NCBI RefSeq assembly: GCF_020745735.1
Contig: NW_026867487.1
Coordinates: 4,915,239 to 4,979,238 of the forward strand
Source of the DNA: Hemiscyllium ocellatum
Taxonomy: Eukaryota
Reading direction: 5' to 3'
Length of the DNA stretch: 64,000 nt
Of the stretch, positions 60,075-64,000 are shown one piece after another. The stretch's first letter is position 1. Every line of letters starts with the position of its first letter. The position numbers were made by a program, and so were the translations under genes. The notes under the pieces are model-generated. The model was not told where the DNA came from and made no database searches. It saw only the letters and a program-made list of their open reading frames with translations.

Positions 60075-60600
60075 TCACAGCAGTGAGTTCACACTGCAGA
60101 GGGACCGTTCACTTACTCCACATGTAGAAAGGGGTTCACATCATAATTCCAGTGCACTGAACATCAACACGTTCCCATTGATCAGTGACTTTTGGTATGT
60201 TCTGACTGTGGAAAGAGCTTTAAAAGTGAAAAAATATCTGAATAAAAGAAATCTGGAATTAAAAATCGAATGTTGATTGCCTGAAAGACCAGGACAAAAT
60301 AGTCTCTCAACTTGCTTGTAAATTAGCAGTGGAACGATTGAGTGAATCTCTTCCCGAACATGAAGTGAGTAAATAGACTCGAGTTCATATTAGGAAGCAG
60401 CTATTTACCTGCTTCAAGTATGGGAAGATTCCTGAAGAAGGGCTTATGCCTGAAACGTCGATTCTCCTTCTCCTTTGATGCTGCCTGACCTGCTGCGCTT
60501 TTCCAGCAACACATTTTTAAGCTCTGATCCCCTGCATCTGCAGTCCTCACTTTCTCCTGGGAAGAGATTCACTCAGTCATCCCACTACTAATTCATAAAC
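60075..60600 (+). pseudogene. ZNF remnants, interrupted by a 129-bp PLE hammerhead unit (60429-60557)
   Basis: CSDCGKSFKSEK-like fragment. TGGGAAGA repeated at 60421 and 60558. Confidence 0.65.
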
Positions 60601-62369
60601 AAATTAAGAGGCTATTTTGTCTTGGTTTTTCGATCAACATTAGATTTTTAATTCCGGATTTCTTTTATTTCAAAATCAAATTCTACCATCTGTCCATGGT
60701 AGAGTTTGAACCCTGGCTCCCAGGAATGTTACCAGGGTGTCTGGATTAATATTACTCAGCCCTCAACAACTTCTTATTCTGGCTACAAAAAAAGTTTCAG
60801 ATAGCAGCGTAAGTCTTCAGCTACTGTAACGAGACTTGGAATGAATTATATTAACAAAGGAGGGATTTTGAGATAACAACCCATCTTAGGAACTCAATTC
60901 CAAAGGAATGTCAGATTGAACTGGAAACTTTATCTTTGTTTCTCTCTCCACAGACGCAACAAGACGTGCTGAGTTTCTCCACCAGATACCAATGCCAGCC
61001 AGCCAGCAAGCAAACACAGGGTGATGGGTGAGCAGAGCTTGGTGTGGGAAAGCTCATGAGCAGCAGAGTTTTGAAGAGCTCATGCATCCAGGTGAGAGAC
61101 TAGCCAGGAATGCATTGCAATGGTAAAATTTAACACTGGCTCGGATGAGAGTTTCACTAGCCGTTGAGTTATGGTCAGGTGGCAATGGATAACATTATGG
61201 AGAGTAAAATATCTGGGACTATATATTGTGTACAGTCAGAAGCTCATCCTGGGGTTAACTATGAGACTGAGATAATGAACCGTATGGTTCAGTCTCATAG
61301 TTCCAAAGGAGAGGGTCGGTTCAGGATCATAATTTTGTAATGATATTTTGTAATGGTGCCTTTGATGATCTCCCCAGTTTTTAATTAGAGGATATTTCTT
61401 CTCCGATACTGGATTTGGGTTAATCAGTCTGATCGTTTAGTGACAGTGAAGGAATGGATATTGATGGTTGTGACCGTGGAGCTGCATACATGTGAAAACT
61501 AATGGAGTGCTTCCAGACACTGTCACCTGGTTGTAATCTGAAATAGAAGAAACAAAAGATAGATCTGGGGGTGGTTCAGTGGTTACCACTGCTGCTTCAC
61601 ATCGTCCGGGACGTGGGTTCAATTCCGTACTTGGACAGACCATCCGTGTGGAGTTTGTACGTCTCCGTGTTTATGTGGGTTTTCACATCATCTAAAAATC
61701 TGCGGGTTGTTTGGACTCACCGCAGTAAAAATCACTCTGTGCGCAGCTCAGGTGGGTGAAGAACTCCATGCGAGGTGAAGGAGATGGGGTCACTCAGTGG
61801 GCTAAATGGCTTCTTTCTGCTCTGTAAGGATTCTACGACCCTCAGGGAACCCCACGTTCAAGGAGTTTGAGGAAAGGCAGGTGGAAGATCATGTGATAAT
61901 CTGTTCAGATGGAGTGCTGAAGGTTTTTAAGGATGTTTGATGATGTGGATTTTAAAAGTGAGGGGGACAGATGAGAGAATTATGAACAGTAACAGCTAAT
62001 GTGGCGAATTTCAGTGGTCAGCAGTTTCGTGGGAATAGTTTGTGGACTACGACATGAGTCCCGTGGACACAATGAGCTTTGTCAGGAAGATCAGAGAGAT
62101 GCTGGAGAAAGATGGGAACTGATGGTTAACACAGAGGAACTGTAGATGTACTTTTACCCAGTGAGGAAGTGGAGGGGAGGGAAGCAGCGGAAACAACCAA
62201 TCAAATTGTCTCTGTCTCAGTCTCATTGAGAAAGCTCTACAATCTCCTATGCTTGGTGTTGTTGGTGAGGATGGAGGATCCAGGAAAGGTACAGCAGTTC
62301 CAAATTAATTCATGCAAAATTAATGTGTGAGAGGTATTAAATAATTTCCCACACTGTTTAATTACAAAG

Positions 62370-63760
62370 CAGTTTATTTTTATCCAGAATATTAATAGCT
62401 AAAACTGAATTGGAGTTGATTAACCAATGAACATGGTTCAGTTCTGGATGTGACGAATAGCAAAGTCCAACTCCTGGCGTTGTGTTCAAACTCACTGGTG
62501 AGTCAGCAGATGGGGTTTTCGAGTGAATCTGTTCCTATACTTGGTGCAGGTGAACGATCTCTCCCCAGTGTGAATTCACTGTTGTTCTAAAAAGGTAAGA
62601 TGATCACTTGAACACAGTCCTGCAGTGAGAGCATCTGAAAGGTCTTTGAGTTTGAATACGTGTATTGATCACCAGATCGCGAGAACTCTTATGCAACCTA
62701 CTGCAGACTGAGCTGTTAAAAGTTCGGTTCCCAGTGTGAACCTGTTGATGTGTCATCACTTCCTGAGAAGTTTAAAAGCTTGCCTGCAGAATGGACAATT
62801 AAAAGTTCTCTCCCCAGTGTGAGTTTGCTGGTGTATCATGAGTTGGGGTAATCGAATCAATGTCTTCCTACATGTGGAGAAGGTAAATGGCCTCTCCCCA
62901 GTGTGAATTCACTGGTGAACTGTGAGACAAGATGAATGCCTGAACCCAGTCCCACAGTGACAGCAGTTGAGTCGTCTCCTCCAGTGTGAAGCTGTTGAAG
63001 GGGCATCACTTCCTGCGAACTTTTAAGGCATTTCCTACAAATTGAACAGTTAAAAAAGGTCACTCCTCAGACTGAACTCGCAGGTGTCTTGTGACTGCAC
63101 GTATCTCTTCCCCCGCAGACTGGAGGTGAACGGCCCCTACCCAGTGTGAATGCACTGGTGGACAGTAACTTCAGATGATGTCTTGAACCCTTTCCAACAG
63201 TGACAATATCTGAATGGTCACTCCTCAATGTGAACACACCACATGCTCACAGCAGTTCCCCAAAACATTTATATCACTTTCCACACAGTCTGTGCATTTG
63301 AAAGATCTCTCCTCGGTGCGAACTTACTGGTGGGTCGTGAGTTGGTATGACGGAGTAAATCCTTTCCCACACTCAGAGCAAGTGAGTGGCTTTTCCCCAA
63401 TGAGACTGCGCTGATGGGTCTCCAGCTCAGGCAGGGATTTGAATCCTTCATCACAATCCCCACATTTCTATGGCTTTTACTCAATGTCTTTTGTCTCAAG
63501 GGGCCAGATGATTGGCTGAACCCTTGTCCCCACACAGAATATGCATAGGGTTTCTCTTCACTGTGAACTGTGCTTGTTCCTTCCATGTTCAAAATGCAGT
63601 TACATTCTGCTTGTAATAATCTGGAAGCTGCCATCAGATTCTGAGATGATGCTGGATATGTGATCCTTGATTTAAATTCCTCTTCTTATGGTAACTTCTG
63701 AAACCATTTTAAAACAGAAAAAAACACAGAGTGAGAGAACATGCAAAAACACAAAGGCTG
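62370..63760 (-). pseudogene. Full-length decayed ZNF gene
   Basis: MEGTSTVHSEEKPYAYSVWGQGFSQSSG start, about a dozen frameshifted fingers, cluster-type 3' end and minus-strand AATAAA at 62373-62378. Confidence 0.85.
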
Positions 63761-64000
63761 TGACATTGAGATGAATTGATGTGATACTCTGTTGGGCCAG
63801 CACTGAGAGAAATTCATCATGAAACCTGCCAGGATGTCGGAAAAACTCAACTGGTTCACTGATGTCCATCAGGAAGGGAATCTGCCATCCTAGTCTGAAC
63901 ATGGACAGGATTATGGCCTCATGGAATAAAACAAAAATAAAAGTGAGAGATGCAAAAGCAAAGGATAGTGATAGTATGTACTTACAGTTTAACCAGAACC

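Overview
Vertebrate DNA, most likely from a shark. This is inferred from the HE1-type V-SINEs, CR1/HER1-type LINEs and abundant Penelope-like elements (PLEs). The window is a birth-and-death cluster of C2H2 zinc-finger genes. Five have open single-coding-exon finger arrays (A 4576-5814 +, B 13941-15158 -, C 31203-32324 +, D 45997-47145 -, E 57677-59110 +) with no recognisable KRAB/SCAN/BTB domain. At least six decayed ZNF copies and three CpG-island promoters lie between them, embedded in dense retroelement debris. The most striking signal is a set of PLE insertions from four families that carry minimal hammerhead ribozyme motifs. They recur in two stereotyped forms, usually with 14-16 bp target-site duplications (TSDs): (i) tail-out inverted (palindromic) insertions of 77 bp to 3.6 kb with one full and one shortened 3' end, and (ii) ~130-bp single units that start right at the ribozyme. 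Also present are three solo LTRs (two sense-oriented upstream of ZNF genes) and a decayed retroviral env-TM + polypurine tract + LTR. All calls were made by eye. Boundaries of old repeats are approximate and nothing was database-checked.
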